Assembly (NCBI GenBank): GCA_903829945.1
Contig: CAIKRV010000011.1
Location: 14,255 to 78,254 of the forward strand
Reading direction: 5' to 3'
DNA from: an uncultured bacterium
GTDB lineage: Bacteria > Bacteroidota > Bacteroidia > CAILMK01
Length of the DNA stretch: 64,000 nt
The notes beneath the pieces were generated by a model. It ran no database searches, was not told the origin of the DNA, and saw only the letters and a program-made list of their open reading frames with translations. Both the position numbers and the translations under genes were made by a program. Below are positions 1 to 9,411 of the stretch, one piece after another (positions within the stretch are counted from its first letter, which is position 1; each line of letters starts with the position of its first letter).

Positions 1-816
1 TGTTCCGTCAGGCAAGGCCTCTTCCAAAAACAAAAATTCAGGGAATTTATCATTTAGTAATTCTTCGGCTCTATTCCATATAAATAATTTACCTTCTCTT
101 TTTATTATTTGCACGCGGAGTCCATCCCATTTCCATTCTATCAGCCAGTCGGCGGGTTCCTGCATTTGCTCAAACCCGCTATCCAGATTTTGTGCCAGTA
201 AAAATGGATACGGAGCAGAAACTTCTTGTACGGTATTTGAATTTACTTGTAATAAATTAACGAATGTAATACCATCGGGCGTCCACTTACTCATCAATTT
301 ATGCATGATTCCGGCAGAATTTAATCCGGTATAATGGGCCAATGCTTTTACCAATAAATTTTGCGGCGTATCAATTTTTAAAGTTGCTGAAACTATTTTA
401 TTAAAAATAAAACGTTCTTGATTGCTGAGTTTATCCCAAGCATTTAATACTGCCAATTTGCGTTCATCTTCATCCTTTTCTTCCAGCGCCAAAATATATT
501 TTATCCAAAAAGATAAACTATGCTCTTCGCTTTTCTCAGTCGCCGGAAGTAAGAGAGAAATTGTTTCGGCCATATCACCTACGGCGGCATAGCATTCATC
601 AAAGAGCCATTCCGGCAATTCGCAGCGTTCCAGTGCCCACTTCTTTTGTAAAAGGGTCGTTGCCATTCTACGAGGACGGCGACCGGTAAAAAGGGCCAAC
701 ATCCATATTTTTTCTTCATCATCTACCTGATGCAAATAATTGCATATCAGATTAATTTTTTCTTGCTGCTGATTGGTTTGTTCCAAATCATAAAAAAGCT
801 TGACAAAATTCTTCAT
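1..816 (-). CDS. ATP-dependent DNA ligase, LigD-like, of the ligase-associated DNA damage response pair. Only the 5' part is in the window: the start codon is at 816 and the gene runs off the window start.
   Basis: The reverse-strand translation begins MKNFVKLFYDLEQ and continues to ...LIEWKWDGLRVQIIKREGK, which carries the ligase adenylation motif I (KxDGxR). The ATG at 816 overlaps the stop of the upstream MBL-fold gene in an ATGA junction. Confidence 0.72.
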   Translation of the reverse strand, partial: MKNFVKLFYDLEQTNQQQEKINLICNYLHQVDDEEKIWMLALFTGRRPRRMATTLLQKKWALERCELPEWLFDECYAAVGDMAETISLLLPATEKSEEHSLSFWIKYILALEEKDEDERKLAVLNAWDKLSNQERFIFNKIVSATLKIDTPQNLLVKALAHYTGLNSAGIMHKLMSKWTPDGITFVNLLQVNSNTVQEVSAPYPFLLAQNLDSGFEQMQEPADWLIEWKWDGLRVQIIKREGKLFIWNRAEELLNDKFPEFLFLEEALPDGT

Positions 817-1874
817 TCTGCCTCCCCTCCCAAATTTGAATGTTCAGCTATCTGGGTATTGGAATCAAATATATTACTTCCAAAATGATGCAACTCATAT
901 GCTTCCAGTCCTAATTCATTTAGCCATTTGGAAAATACTTTGGTATAACCATGGGTAACCAAAACACGCTCAGCCTTGGAATCTTTTACCGCCTTATTGA
1001 GGCCTTCCCAATCGGCATGGTCGGATAAAGTAAATCCTTTATCCGCAGGCATTTTTTGCTTGCTGCCCCTGGTGGCCATCCATCCGGAAGCAGAAGCAGT
1101 AGCATAAGGTTGAAATTTCTTTAACCAATTAGCGTTGGCCCAATTTGGAGGCGCCACAATAATTGCCCCTCTATAGTGGTCCTTACTTTTACCGGACAAT
1201 ACCACCGGAAAATCCTTAACCATTATGCCGGCATTTCTGAACGCATCATTAGTTTCTTTGATGGATCCATGAACAAATATCTCACCAATCCCCGGATCCA
1301 AATGATGTAAAATTCTTTGTGCTTTACCTAGCGCGTAGGACAAAATTATACTGGTCAGGCCCCGCTCCCTATTTTGCTGCCACCATGCATTTACCTCATT
1401 AAAAACCTCTGCCTGCGGAGCCCATTTATAGATTGGCAATCCAAAGGTAGATTCTGTAATGAAAGTGTGACATTTTACAGATTCAAAAGCTGTACATACG
1501 CCGTCATCCTCTATTTTATAATCACCTGAAACCACCCAAATTTCACCCTTGTATTCCAATCGTACTTGGGAAGATCCTATGATATGTCCCGCAGGATGAA
1601 AAGATAAATTCACCCCATTTATATTTAAAGTCTCGCCGTATGCCAAACCTTGAATATTTGCTGTGGTACCAATACGCAGCTTGATGATAGGACTGGAATC
1701 CTGATGGGTCAAATAGTGCTTCATGCCTGCTTTTACATGGTCGCCGTGTGCATGGGTAATGACGGCACGGTCAACTGCCCTGCTCGGGTCAATGTAAAAA
1801 TCACCTATGGGACAATATAAGCCTTTGGGCGATAATTGAAGAAGATGAGTGCGAGGAATAAAGGACATGCTCAT
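813..1874 (-). CDS. Ligase-associated DNA damage response exonuclease, metallo-beta-lactamase (beta-CASP-like) fold.
   Basis: The HxHxDH metal motif is present as ITHAHGDHVKAG. Size and the 4-nt ATGA overlap with the downstream ligase gene fit this family. The track ORF runs to 1979, but its first 35 residues (MNSILINLYFFVMVKE...) look like a spurious extension. The likely start is the ATG at 1874 or 1868, giving MSMSFIPRTHLLQL... Confidence 0.68.
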   Translation of the reverse strand: MSMSFIPRTHLLQLSPKGLYCPIGDFYIDPSRAVDRAVITHAHGDHVKAGMKHYLTHQDSSPIIKLRIGTTANIQGLAYGETLNINGVNLSFHPAGHIIGSSQVRLEYKGEIWVVSGDYKIEDDGVCTAFESVKCHTFITESTFGLPIYKWAPQAEVFNEVNAWWQQNRERGLTSIILSYALGKAQRILHHLDPGIGEIFVHGSIKETNDAFRNAGIMVKDFPVVLSGKSKDHYRGAIIVAPPNWANANWLKKFQPYATASASGWMATRGSKQKMPADKGFTLSDHADWEGLNKAVKDSKAERVLVTHGYTKVFSKWLNELGLEAYELHHFGSNIFDSNTQIAEHSNLGGEAE

Positions 1875-2025
1875 TAATGATGCAAAGTAAGTAAATGAAT
1901 TACATAGTAAATCATTTTCGTATAAATTTAGCTCCTTAACCATTACAAAAAAATATAAATTAATTAGAATGGAATTCATAAGGAATACTTAATTTGGTCG
2001 AAATATTTTCACTTATATCTATCCT

Positions 2026-2850
2026 ATTAAAAACATAGCTTTAGGCTTTGGGTTTTCGCCCAGGTTAGGTGCTTTACTAGCTGAGGTAAAGCATATTGCT
2101 GATGTTTTTCAATCCAATATAATTTTAATTCATGCCGGGGAATATGATAAAAATAACGATGCACTTTTATCAGAGCATCTTTCAAATTTATCTTTAGACC
2201 CTAAGCAAATTAAAACTATTTATAAAAGTGGAGAGGGACCCTTAGTCATCACGCAGGTGGCTAGAGAGGCGGGCGCAGATTTATTGGTTTCAGGTGCATT
2301 AAAGCAAGAAACCTTTAGCAAGTATTATTTTGGTAGTATTGCTCGAAAGTTGGCCAGACAAGACGTTCTGCCGATTTTATTAATTCCAGAGCCCAATCTA
2401 AATCCTAAACCTATTAAAAAATTAATTATTTCCATCAATCCCGACTCAAGCTTAAAAGTATTGGAACGCGGATTGCAATTTGCCCGATTATTTAAAGCTG
2501 AAAAGATTTTTATTGCCAAAGAATCGAATATTAAAGGCTCTAAACATTTACTAAACCGATACTACTCTGAAGAGCAATCTCAGATTATCCAACAAGAATT
2601 GGAAGACCAAGAACAAGAATATATTTTTCAGCTACTATCAAAATTTGATACGGTAGGCTTGGATATAGGCATAAAGATATTATTTGGGCATTCAGGTGTT
2701 TCTTTAATGCACTATGCCACACAAATTGGTGCTGATATGCTCATTGATGCTTACCCCAAATTTAAACTTGGTTTTTGGGATCGTTTATTTCCAAGAAATA
2801 TAGAATATGCACTTTTAAATTTACCTTGTAAATTATTATTAATTAACTAA
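2026..2850 (+). CDS. Universal stress protein with two tandem UspA domains. The start codon is non-canonical or missing.
   Basis: The frame is open from 1993. Positions 1993-2256 encode a complete N-terminal Usp beta-alpha-beta segment (IALGFGFSPRLGALLAEVKHIADVFQSNIILIHAGE ... ADLLVSGALKQETFSKYYFGSIARKLARQDVLPILLIPEP). A second Usp domain follows (IKKLIISINPDSS...). There is no ATG, GTG or TTG in frame before the GTG at 2257, so an ATT or ATA start at 2026 or 2035 is possible. Confidence 0.5.
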   Translation: MKNIALGFGFSPRLGALLAEVKHIADVFQSNIILIHAGEYDKNNDALLSEHLSNLSLDPKQIKTIYKSGEGPLVITQVAREAGADLLVSGALKQETFSKYYFGSIARKLARQDVLPILLIPEPNLNPKPIKKLIISINPDSSLKVLERGLQFARLFKAEKIFIAKESNIKGSKHLLNRYYSEEQSQIIQQELEDQEQEYIFQLLSKFDTVGLDIGIKILFGHSGVSLMHYATQIGADMLIDAYPKFKLGFWDRLFPRNIEYALLNLPCKLLLIN

Positions 2851-4125
2851 ATGGCCAGACTGGTTCACGATGATGTGTTTTACTTCCTGCTTCAACTTTG
2901 CTTGATGTTGGTCGTTGCGCGTGTATTTGGTGAAATTTTCAAAAGGATGAATCAGCCTGCAGTAGTTGGAGAAATTTTAGGGGGTATTATTATTGGCCCT
3001 TCAGTATTTAGTCATTTTTTCCCGGTCACCTTTATGACGATTTTTAATAATCATCCAAATTCCAGTATGGCCATGGATGGTATTTATAATATTTCGCTCA
3101 TCATGATGTTATTTATTTCAGGGATGGAAATAGAGTTGCCCATGATTTGGAAAAATGGGCGATCGGCAATTTTTATCAGTTTTTTGGGGATGTTAATCCC
3201 ACTATCCTTGGGTTGTTTGAGCGGCTGGTTTTTATTTGATCGCTTTGGAATCAACAACCCATCCTATCGCCCTGCATTCACCTTATTTTTCGGTACTGCA
3301 TTATCTATAACCGCTTTACCGGTCATAGCAAAAATTTTATTGGATTTAAAACTATTAAATTCTAAAATAGGCTCCCTGATTGTTACTTGTGCCATGCTGG
3401 ATGATTTTGTAGGTTGGCTACTCTTTTCGGTTGTATTAAGTTTAATGCCGGCTGCCAGCGGAGTTACTGTAAATCACACCCTAGTCCTAACCTTATTTTT
3501 AACTATTTTATTTGCGGTTTTAACCTTAACGATTTTTAAATTTTTAATAAACCGGCTCTTTGTCTTCATTAGCAGTAAAGCGGGAGGACCGGCAGGCGCC
3601 TTAACCATAGCCATGGGGATGTGTTTTATTGGTGCATTAATTACGGAATATATTGGCATCCATGCTTTATTCGGTGCCTTCCTGATGGGCGTGGCTTTTG
3701 GAGAATCATTAGAACTTACCGAAAGAAGTAAAGACATTATTCACCAATTCGTTATTAACGTATTTGCGCCTTTATTTTTTGTATCCATTGGCTTAAAGGT
3801 TAATTTTATCGAAAATTTCAATTTAAGTCTCACCTTATTTATTTTAGGAGTTTCAATAATTTCTAAAATACTGGGTGGTTACATAGGCGGGAGGGCCGGA
3901 GGATTATCAAATTATGAATCCTTGGCCATCGGATTTGGAATAAATGCCCGGGGTGCCATGGAAATTATTTTAGGGTTAGTGGCCTTACAAGCAGGTTTAA
4001 TTACCCCTCAAATATTTGTTTCACTAACCATCATGGCTATAGTTACCTCCTTAAGCAGCGGAGGAATGATTAAGTTTTTCCTAAGAAAAGACTTGTTTAA
4101 AAAAGACTTACTCAATAGTAAATAA
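2851..4125 (+). CDS. Monovalent cation:proton antiporter-2 (CPA2) family, Kef/NapA-type Na+(K+)/H+ antiporter.
   Basis: The N-terminus is the typical CPA2 opening (LLQLCLMLVVARVFGEIFKRMNQPAVVGEILGGIIIGPS) and the protein is polytopic throughout. Its ATG directly follows the Usp stop (TAAATG). Confidence 0.8.
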   Translation: MARLVHDDVFYFLLQLCLMLVVARVFGEIFKRMNQPAVVGEILGGIIIGPSVFSHFFPVTFMTIFNNHPNSSMAMDGIYNISLIMMLFISGMEIELPMIWKNGRSAIFISFLGMLIPLSLGCLSGWFLFDRFGINNPSYRPAFTLFFGTALSITALPVIAKILLDLKLLNSKIGSLIVTCAMLDDFVGWLLFSVVLSLMPAASGVTVNHTLVLTLFLTILFAVLTLTIFKFLINRLFVFISSKAGGPAGALTIAMGMCFIGALITEYIGIHALFGAFLMGVAFGESLELTERSKDIIHQFVINVFAPLFFVSIGLKVNFIENFNLSLTLFILGVSIISKILGGYIGGRAGGLSNYESLAIGFGINARGAMEIILGLVALQAGLITPQIFVSLTIMAIVTSLSSGGMIKFFLRKDLFKKDLLNSK

Positions 4126-4317
4126 TCCACTTACGGTAAGATAATTGCTTGCAGATAGATTAATGCCTTATTTCCCTAGTTATTACAATAATTAATTTAA
4201 GCATTTTTTCAAAAAACGTGTGGCGTATGATTGTAACAATTATTTGCATAAAGACGTTTATTTCAAATATTTAATTCCATTTATTAATTAACTTCGCGCC
4301 TGATTACAAATTTCAGA

Positions 4318-6408
4318 ATGAAAAAAATAAAGATTTTTAGCCTATTAGCAGTTCTTTCCATGGCCTTGGTATTTTGTGCCTATAAAAAAGGAGAGAAAAA
4401 CGCAACAACCATACATGTCATGATGTCCGCACTGGAACAAGTGCATATGGCTCCACAATCCATTGATGATAAATTATCTGAGAAGATATTCGACCTTTAT
4501 TTGAAGCGTCTGGATTATTCCAAAAAGTTTCTTTTGAAAAGCGATGTAGAGATGCTAAGTAAAAAGTACCGTCATGATATTGATGATGAAATTAACCGTG
4601 GCACTTTTGAGTTTTTTGAAGAATCTGATAGGATTTCAGAGGATCGCATTAAAGAAACTGAATCTTATTACAAAGATATTTTATCCAAACCGTTTGACTT
4701 TACCATCAATGAAAATGTTGAAACCGATGGCTTAAAACTTAAGTTTTGCAATAGCAAGGAAGACCTTAAAGAACAATGGCGCAAAAGCTTAAAAGAACAA
4801 GTTCTTTCACGACTTTCCTCCCAAATGGATGTGCAGGAAAAAGCCAAAGAACAAAAGGATACTTCAGTTAAGGTGCTCAGCATCGCCCAAATGGAGGAAG
4901 ATGCGCGAAAAAAGACGATGAAGACTTATGATGATTATTTCAAAAGAATGTCTCAATGGGATAAGGCAGAACGCTTTGGTGCTTATTTAAATTGTATTGC
5001 AAATACCTATGACCCGCATACCGAATTTTTTCCTCCAAAAGAAAAAGAAGAGTTTGACATTCAAATGTCCGGACAATTTGAAGGTATAGGCGCCCAACTT
5101 CAGGAAAAAGATGGTCAAATTAAAGTTGTAGATATTGTTCCGGGAAGTGCCTCTTACAGACAAGGGCAATTGAAAGCCGGTGATATTATTTTAAAAGTAG
5201 CTCAAGGCAAGGATGAGCCTGTGGACATTGCAAACATGCGTTTTGATAAGGTGGTATCCTTAATACGTGGTAAAAAAGGCACGGAAGTGAGACTGACCGT
5301 TAAAAAGCCGGATGCCAGCATAAGCGTTATATCCATCATTAGAGATAAGGTGGTTACAGAAGCAACCTTTGCTCGTTCATTTATTTTAAACGATCATAAC
5401 AAAAAAGTGGGCTATATATTATTGCCTGGTTTTTATTCAGATATGAACCGTTCAGGTGGTAGAAGTTGTGCTGAAGATGTTAAAAAAGAAGTGCTGAAGT
5501 TGAAAGCAGAAAATGTAGATGGCATTGTCATAGACTTGCGCAATAATGGCGGTGGCTTCCTGGAAGAAGTTATTAAAATGGGTGGATTATTTATTGATAA
5601 AGGCCCAATAGTTCAAGTACGCGGTAAAGGTAATTTTACCCGTGAACATGATGATCCAAATTCCGGTTCTATATATGATGGCCCTTTGGCCATTATGGTG
5701 AATACCAATAGCGCCTCCGCCTCTGAAATCCTTGCCGCTGCCATGCAAGATTATAAAAGAGCAGTCATTGTAGGTGGAAAGAGTACTTTTGGTAAAGGTA
5801 CCGTTCAAAACTTCTTTAACCTTGATGATGCCCTCAATGGTAATGATGAAAGTTTAAAACCATTGGGCTCCGTAAAAATTACGATTCAAAAGTTTTACCG
5901 CATCAGCGGTGGAAGTACCCAATTACGCGGTGTTATTCCTGATGTTATTTTACCTGACCCGTACAGTGAATTAGAAACCGGGGAAAAGGACCAGGATTAC
6001 CCTATGCCTTATGATGAAATTCAGGCGGCAAAATATACTTTAAGCAATTCCTTTAACTTGGCATCCATTTTATCTAAAAGCGAAAAGAGAACAGCTAAAA
6101 GTAATGCCTTTAATTTAATCCGCCAGCAGGCCATTAAAATTAAAAACCAAAAGGATAAATCCATCGTTAATTTAAATCTTGAAGCTTTCCGAGCCGAACA
6201 AAAAGCAAAGAAAGAAGAAAATAAAAAGTTTGAGGCCATCAGTACCCCTATTGCAGGTTTAGAAATTATACCTGTCAAAAGGGAATTAAGCAACGATGCC
6301 GTAAACGATTCAACTTATATAGCACAAGATAAGGAACGAATCAAAGCTTTGAAAAAAGATAATTATTTGTATGAAACCATGCAAATCATTGAAGACATGA
6401 AAAAATAA
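4318..6408 (+). CDS. S41 family carboxy-terminal processing peptidase (tail-specific protease, Prc/CtpA-like) with a PDZ domain.
   Basis: It has a signal or lipoprotein N-terminus (LAVLSMALVFCAYKKG), a PDZ segment (GIGAQLQEKDGQIKVVDIVPGSASYRQGQLKAGDIILKV), and an S41 core (GYILLPGFY..., MVNTNSASASEILAAAMQD). The length is 696 aa. Confidence 0.8.
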   Translation: MKKIKIFSLLAVLSMALVFCAYKKGEKNATTIHVMMSALEQVHMAPQSIDDKLSEKIFDLYLKRLDYSKKFLLKSDVEMLSKKYRHDIDDEINRGTFEFFEESDRISEDRIKETESYYKDILSKPFDFTINENVETDGLKLKFCNSKEDLKEQWRKSLKEQVLSRLSSQMDVQEKAKEQKDTSVKVLSIAQMEEDARKKTMKTYDDYFKRMSQWDKAERFGAYLNCIANTYDPHTEFFPPKEKEEFDIQMSGQFEGIGAQLQEKDGQIKVVDIVPGSASYRQGQLKAGDIILKVAQGKDEPVDIANMRFDKVVSLIRGKKGTEVRLTVKKPDASISVISIIRDKVVTEATFARSFILNDHNKKVGYILLPGFYSDMNRSGGRSCAEDVKKEVLKLKAENVDGIVIDLRNNGGGFLEEVIKMGGLFIDKGPIVQVRGKGNFTREHDDPNSGSIYDGPLAIMVNTNSASASEILAAAMQDYKRAVIVGGKSTFGKGTVQNFFNLDDALNGNDESLKPLGSVKITIQKFYRISGGSTQLRGVIPDVILPDPYSELETGEKDQDYPMPYDEIQAAKYTLSNSFNLASILSKSEKRTAKSNAFNLIRQQAIKIKNQKDKSIVNLNLEAFRAEQKAKKEENKKFEAISTPIAGLEIIPVKRELSNDAVNDSTYIAQDKERIKALKKDNYLYETMQIIEDMKK

Positions 6409-6429
6409 TTTTGCAGAAACAATATATCA

Positions 6430-6456
6430 AAAAAGAGGGGTATCCCCTCTTTTTTG
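6430..6456 (+). terminator. Rho-independent terminator after the S41 protease gene, probably bidirectional.
   Basis: The hairpin is aaaaagagggg-tat-cccctcttttt, with a T-run on the plus strand and an A-run on the minus strand. Confidence 0.75.
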
Positions 6457-6538
6457 ATTTACAAGCATCAGTATTTAGCAGCAAATTTGTAGATTTGCAA
6501 ATCCCTCACAGGCTTATACATAATTTTTGAACGTATAA

Positions 6539-7954
6539 ATGCTGTTTAACACCCTACCGTTTTTTATTTTCTTTACTCTTGTATTTTCCCTTTATTGGGC
6601 CTTATACAAATTCAAGAACCTACAAAATGCTTTGCTGCTGTTGGCCAGTTATTATTTTTATGCATGGTGGAATCCGTATTTCTGCATCCTGCTACTTTTT
6701 AGCTCTACCTTGGGCTATAGCACGGGATTATGGATAGAGCAAACCCGAAAAGACAGCTACCGAAAAATTATCCTTGGCTTCACTATGGCTATTCACCTGT
6801 TAATTTTAGGATGGTTTAAATATTATAATTTTATTATTAATAGTTTAAACTCCATTTTTGGCTGGGTACATGTTCAACACCATATTCCTAATGAAGAAAT
6901 TATTTTGCCCTTAGCCATAAGTTTTTTCACCTTTCACATCATTGGATATACTATTGATGTGTATCGAAAAGATTATGCTGCCTCGCATGACTACTTCAAC
7001 TTTATAGCGCATATTGCATTTTTTCCGCAGTTGGTGGCAGGGCCCATTGAAAGAGGCGGACATTTATTACCACAATTTAGGAAAGAGCGACAATTTTCTG
7101 TGGATATGCTGGTATCAGGAGGCCGACAAGCTTTATGGGGATTTTTTAAGAAAATTGCCATCGCGGATATGTTGTCTTTGCAAGTGGATTACATTTTTAA
7201 AAATCATAGTTCACAAAGCGGTAGTACTTTATTGATGGGAACCATTATGTTTTCTATTCAAATTTATTGTGATTTTTCAGGCTATACCGACATTGCCCTA
7301 GGAATTGCAAGAATGCTTGGAATAGAACTACTTACTAATTTCAAATTCCCCTATTTCGCAACCAGTATTACGGAATTTTGGCATCGTTGGCATATTTCAT
7401 TATCCACTTGGTTCCGGGATTATGTATATATCCCCTTGGGAGGAAGCAGGGTTTCCAATGGTAGAAAATATTTCAACCTGATGGTGGTTTTTATGGTAAG
7501 CGGAATGTGGCATGGAGCAAAATGGACCTTCTTTATATGGGGAGCAATACATGGTAGCTTAATGGTACTCAATGCTGCCATGTCTAAAAAAATGAAGCTT
7601 CCGTCTAATAATTTAACATTAGGTTTAAAGATGTTGCTTACATTTGCAATCGTAACATTGGCCTGGGTATTTTTTAGGGCCGCCTCAGTGCAAGAAGCTA
7701 CTGATATCATCGGGAATATATTTACAAGAGGATTAAAGGATTTACCTTCCATTCAAAAAACAGGTATAAAGGGACTTTTATGCGCTTTATTTCTTTTTGG
7801 AGTGGAATGGTTGCAACGTGATAAGGTCTTTGGATTAGACCTTAAAAACATGCATTATACTATTCGATGGTCGGCATATGTCTTGATTATTATCTTGATA
7901 TTTTCATCGGATAGCTTGAACAAACAACATGAATTTATTTATTTTCAATTCTAA
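6539..7954 (+). CDS. MBOAT family membrane-bound O-acyltransferase (AlgI/DltB-like), paralog 1.
   Basis: It is polytopic and carries the conserved FFPQLVAGPIERG and EFWHRWHISLSTWFRDYVYIPLGGS motifs with the MBOAT catalytic His. The C-terminus ends ...FIYFQF. Confidence 0.85.
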   Translation: MLFNTLPFFIFFTLVFSLYWALYKFKNLQNALLLLASYYFYAWWNPYFCILLLFSSTLGYSTGLWIEQTRKDSYRKIILGFTMAIHLLILGWFKYYNFIINSLNSIFGWVHVQHHIPNEEIILPLAISFFTFHIIGYTIDVYRKDYAASHDYFNFIAHIAFFPQLVAGPIERGGHLLPQFRKERQFSVDMLVSGGRQALWGFFKKIAIADMLSLQVDYIFKNHSSQSGSTLLMGTIMFSIQIYCDFSGYTDIALGIARMLGIELLTNFKFPYFATSITEFWHRWHISLSTWFRDYVYIPLGGSRVSNGRKYFNLMVVFMVSGMWHGAKWTFFIWGAIHGSLMVLNAAMSKKMKLPSNNLTLGLKMLLTFAIVTLAWVFFRAASVQEATDIIGNIFTRGLKDLPSIQKTGIKGLLCALFLFGVEWLQRDKVFGLDLKNMHYTIRWSAYVLIIILIFSSDSLNKQHEFIYFQF

Positions 7955-7966
7955 ACGAAGCGTCCT

Positions 7967-9013
7967 ATGATGAAAGGAAAAATTTTCCAACTTATTTTTG
8001 CAATTGCAATTTTTGGCGGATTGGGGTATTTTTTATACCACAAAGTAAAAGATGATAATAGCGTATTAAGCGATACTGCTCAAGACATGGTGAAATCAGT
8101 TTCTTCTGATGCCGATGCAAGCAAAATTTATAATTCAGATTTGATTCCTACTACAGAATTATTAGATGGAAGAACGCCATTAGCCACTAAAGTTTATGCT
8201 GAATTAAAAGTACGTTATAAAAAATATTTTGAAGAATTAGTTAAAGAAATAAAAAGCACCGGTGCTGTTCCTGTATTATGCTGGGTAACTACCGAGGATG
8301 GAAATGCACAAACGGCCATTCAATACGTCGGTAAAGCATACATCAAACAACTTTGTGTAGAATACGGAGTAGATTTTGAGGAATTGAGCGGGCCTATTTT
8401 AAGCAATATGGCACCATATACCTTTATGCCAAAGGATGGGCATTTTAATAAATTAGGTGCTTCCGTAGTGGCAAGGATGGCAGAAGGAATTATTGCTAAA
8501 AATGCAGGCGCCAGATGCAAAGTGACCTATACTGACAAAGAACGATCAGAGTTTTTTGGAGACCAACTTCCGAATGATAATGAAATATTGGATGGCGGAA
8601 AAGGCTTACCATATAAGCTAAAAACAAACAAACAAGGGCTTAGGATGAATTACGACCTTAGCTTTCCTAAAAAGAAACGCAGAATACTATTTATTGGTGA
8701 TTCAGGATTTTTCTTCCCATTTTTGGATAATGATGCCACTGCTGAAGGAATGGTTCAAAGTAGACATCCGGAACTTGAAGTTTTGAATGCTGCCAATTGG
8801 GGTTATTCTATTGATGATTATTTATCCTTGTGGAAAGAAGGAGCAAAATATGCAGAACCAGATGTTATTTTATTGCAAACTTCAGGTAGTGATATCACCG
8901 ACTTATTTTTCACCAATAGGATGAAATACAGTAGACATCATGAGCATATCCAGCCAAGCGCCTTGGAAAAGGAATTTTATGAATATCTGGATAAAAAAGC
9001 CAAAAAGCATTAA
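7967..9013 (+). CDS. AlgX/AlgJ-like SGNH-fold partner protein for the MBOAT, a putative polysaccharide O-acetyltransferase component.
   Basis: It has an N-terminal TM helix and lies 12 nt downstream of the MBOAT gene. The segment YTFMPKDGHFNKLGASV resembles the AlgJ/AlgX D-x-H-W motif region. The assignment is tentative. Confidence 0.4.
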   Translation: MMKGKIFQLIFAIAIFGGLGYFLYHKVKDDNSVLSDTAQDMVKSVSSDADASKIYNSDLIPTTELLDGRTPLATKVYAELKVRYKKYFEELVKEIKSTGAVPVLCWVTTEDGNAQTAIQYVGKAYIKQLCVEYGVDFEELSGPILSNMAPYTFMPKDGHFNKLGASVVARMAEGIIAKNAGARCKVTYTDKERSEFFGDQLPNDNEILDGGKGLPYKLKTNKQGLRMNYDLSFPKKKRRILFIGDSGFFFPFLDNDATAEGMVQSRHPELEVLNAANWGYSIDDYLSLWKEGAKYAEPDVILLQTSGSDITDLFFTNRMKYSRHHEHIQPSALEKEFYEYLDKKAKKH

Positions 9014-9195
9014 GATAAAAAAATATAATCTTAATAATTAGGCTTTTACAATTTTCAAAATTCATTTAATAGTTAAATGGATAAGGGGTCAATTTACCTC
9101 TCGACTTGATTTTAAATGACTAAAAATTGATAATTGTTAAATCCTTTCAATAAAAGTTTATTATCTTTGGAAAACCAACCCCTAAACGTATATAT

Positions 9196-9387
9196 ATGGA
9201 AAACGGCCAATACCATCTTATTTACCCGGATGGAACCTTTGCCCTATTCTTTGATCCAAGTGCCACCCTTAAGGAAGTATTAGAATTTGCCGCTCTATAC
9301 AACCAAGGCCGCGAGGAGAATAGGAAAATTGTTGAAATTCTGAGTAAAGAAGGCCTTAGAAAAGTTGATTCTCTATCGGTTGCCTAA
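9196..9387 (+). CDS. Small hypothetical protein (63 aa).
   Basis: It is the only ORF in a 398-bp gap between convergent genes and is hydrophilic with ordinary codon usage. No recognisable motif. Confidence 0.25.
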   Translation: MENGQYHLIYPDGTFALFFDPSATLKEVLEFAALYNQGREENRKIVEILSKEGLRKVDSLSVA

Positions 9388-9411
9388 GTTAATTGTACTT
9401 GTAAACTTCAA

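Noticed and set aside
3474-3737. Antisense or alternate-frame small ORFs inside well-supported genes (for example 2325..2519, 3474..3737, 4668..4883, 7014..7235, 9800..10033, 20072..20314, 32448..32672).
   Set aside because: Each is fully embedded in a longer ORF with a clear domain signature. They show low complexity or codon bias typical of non-coding frames.
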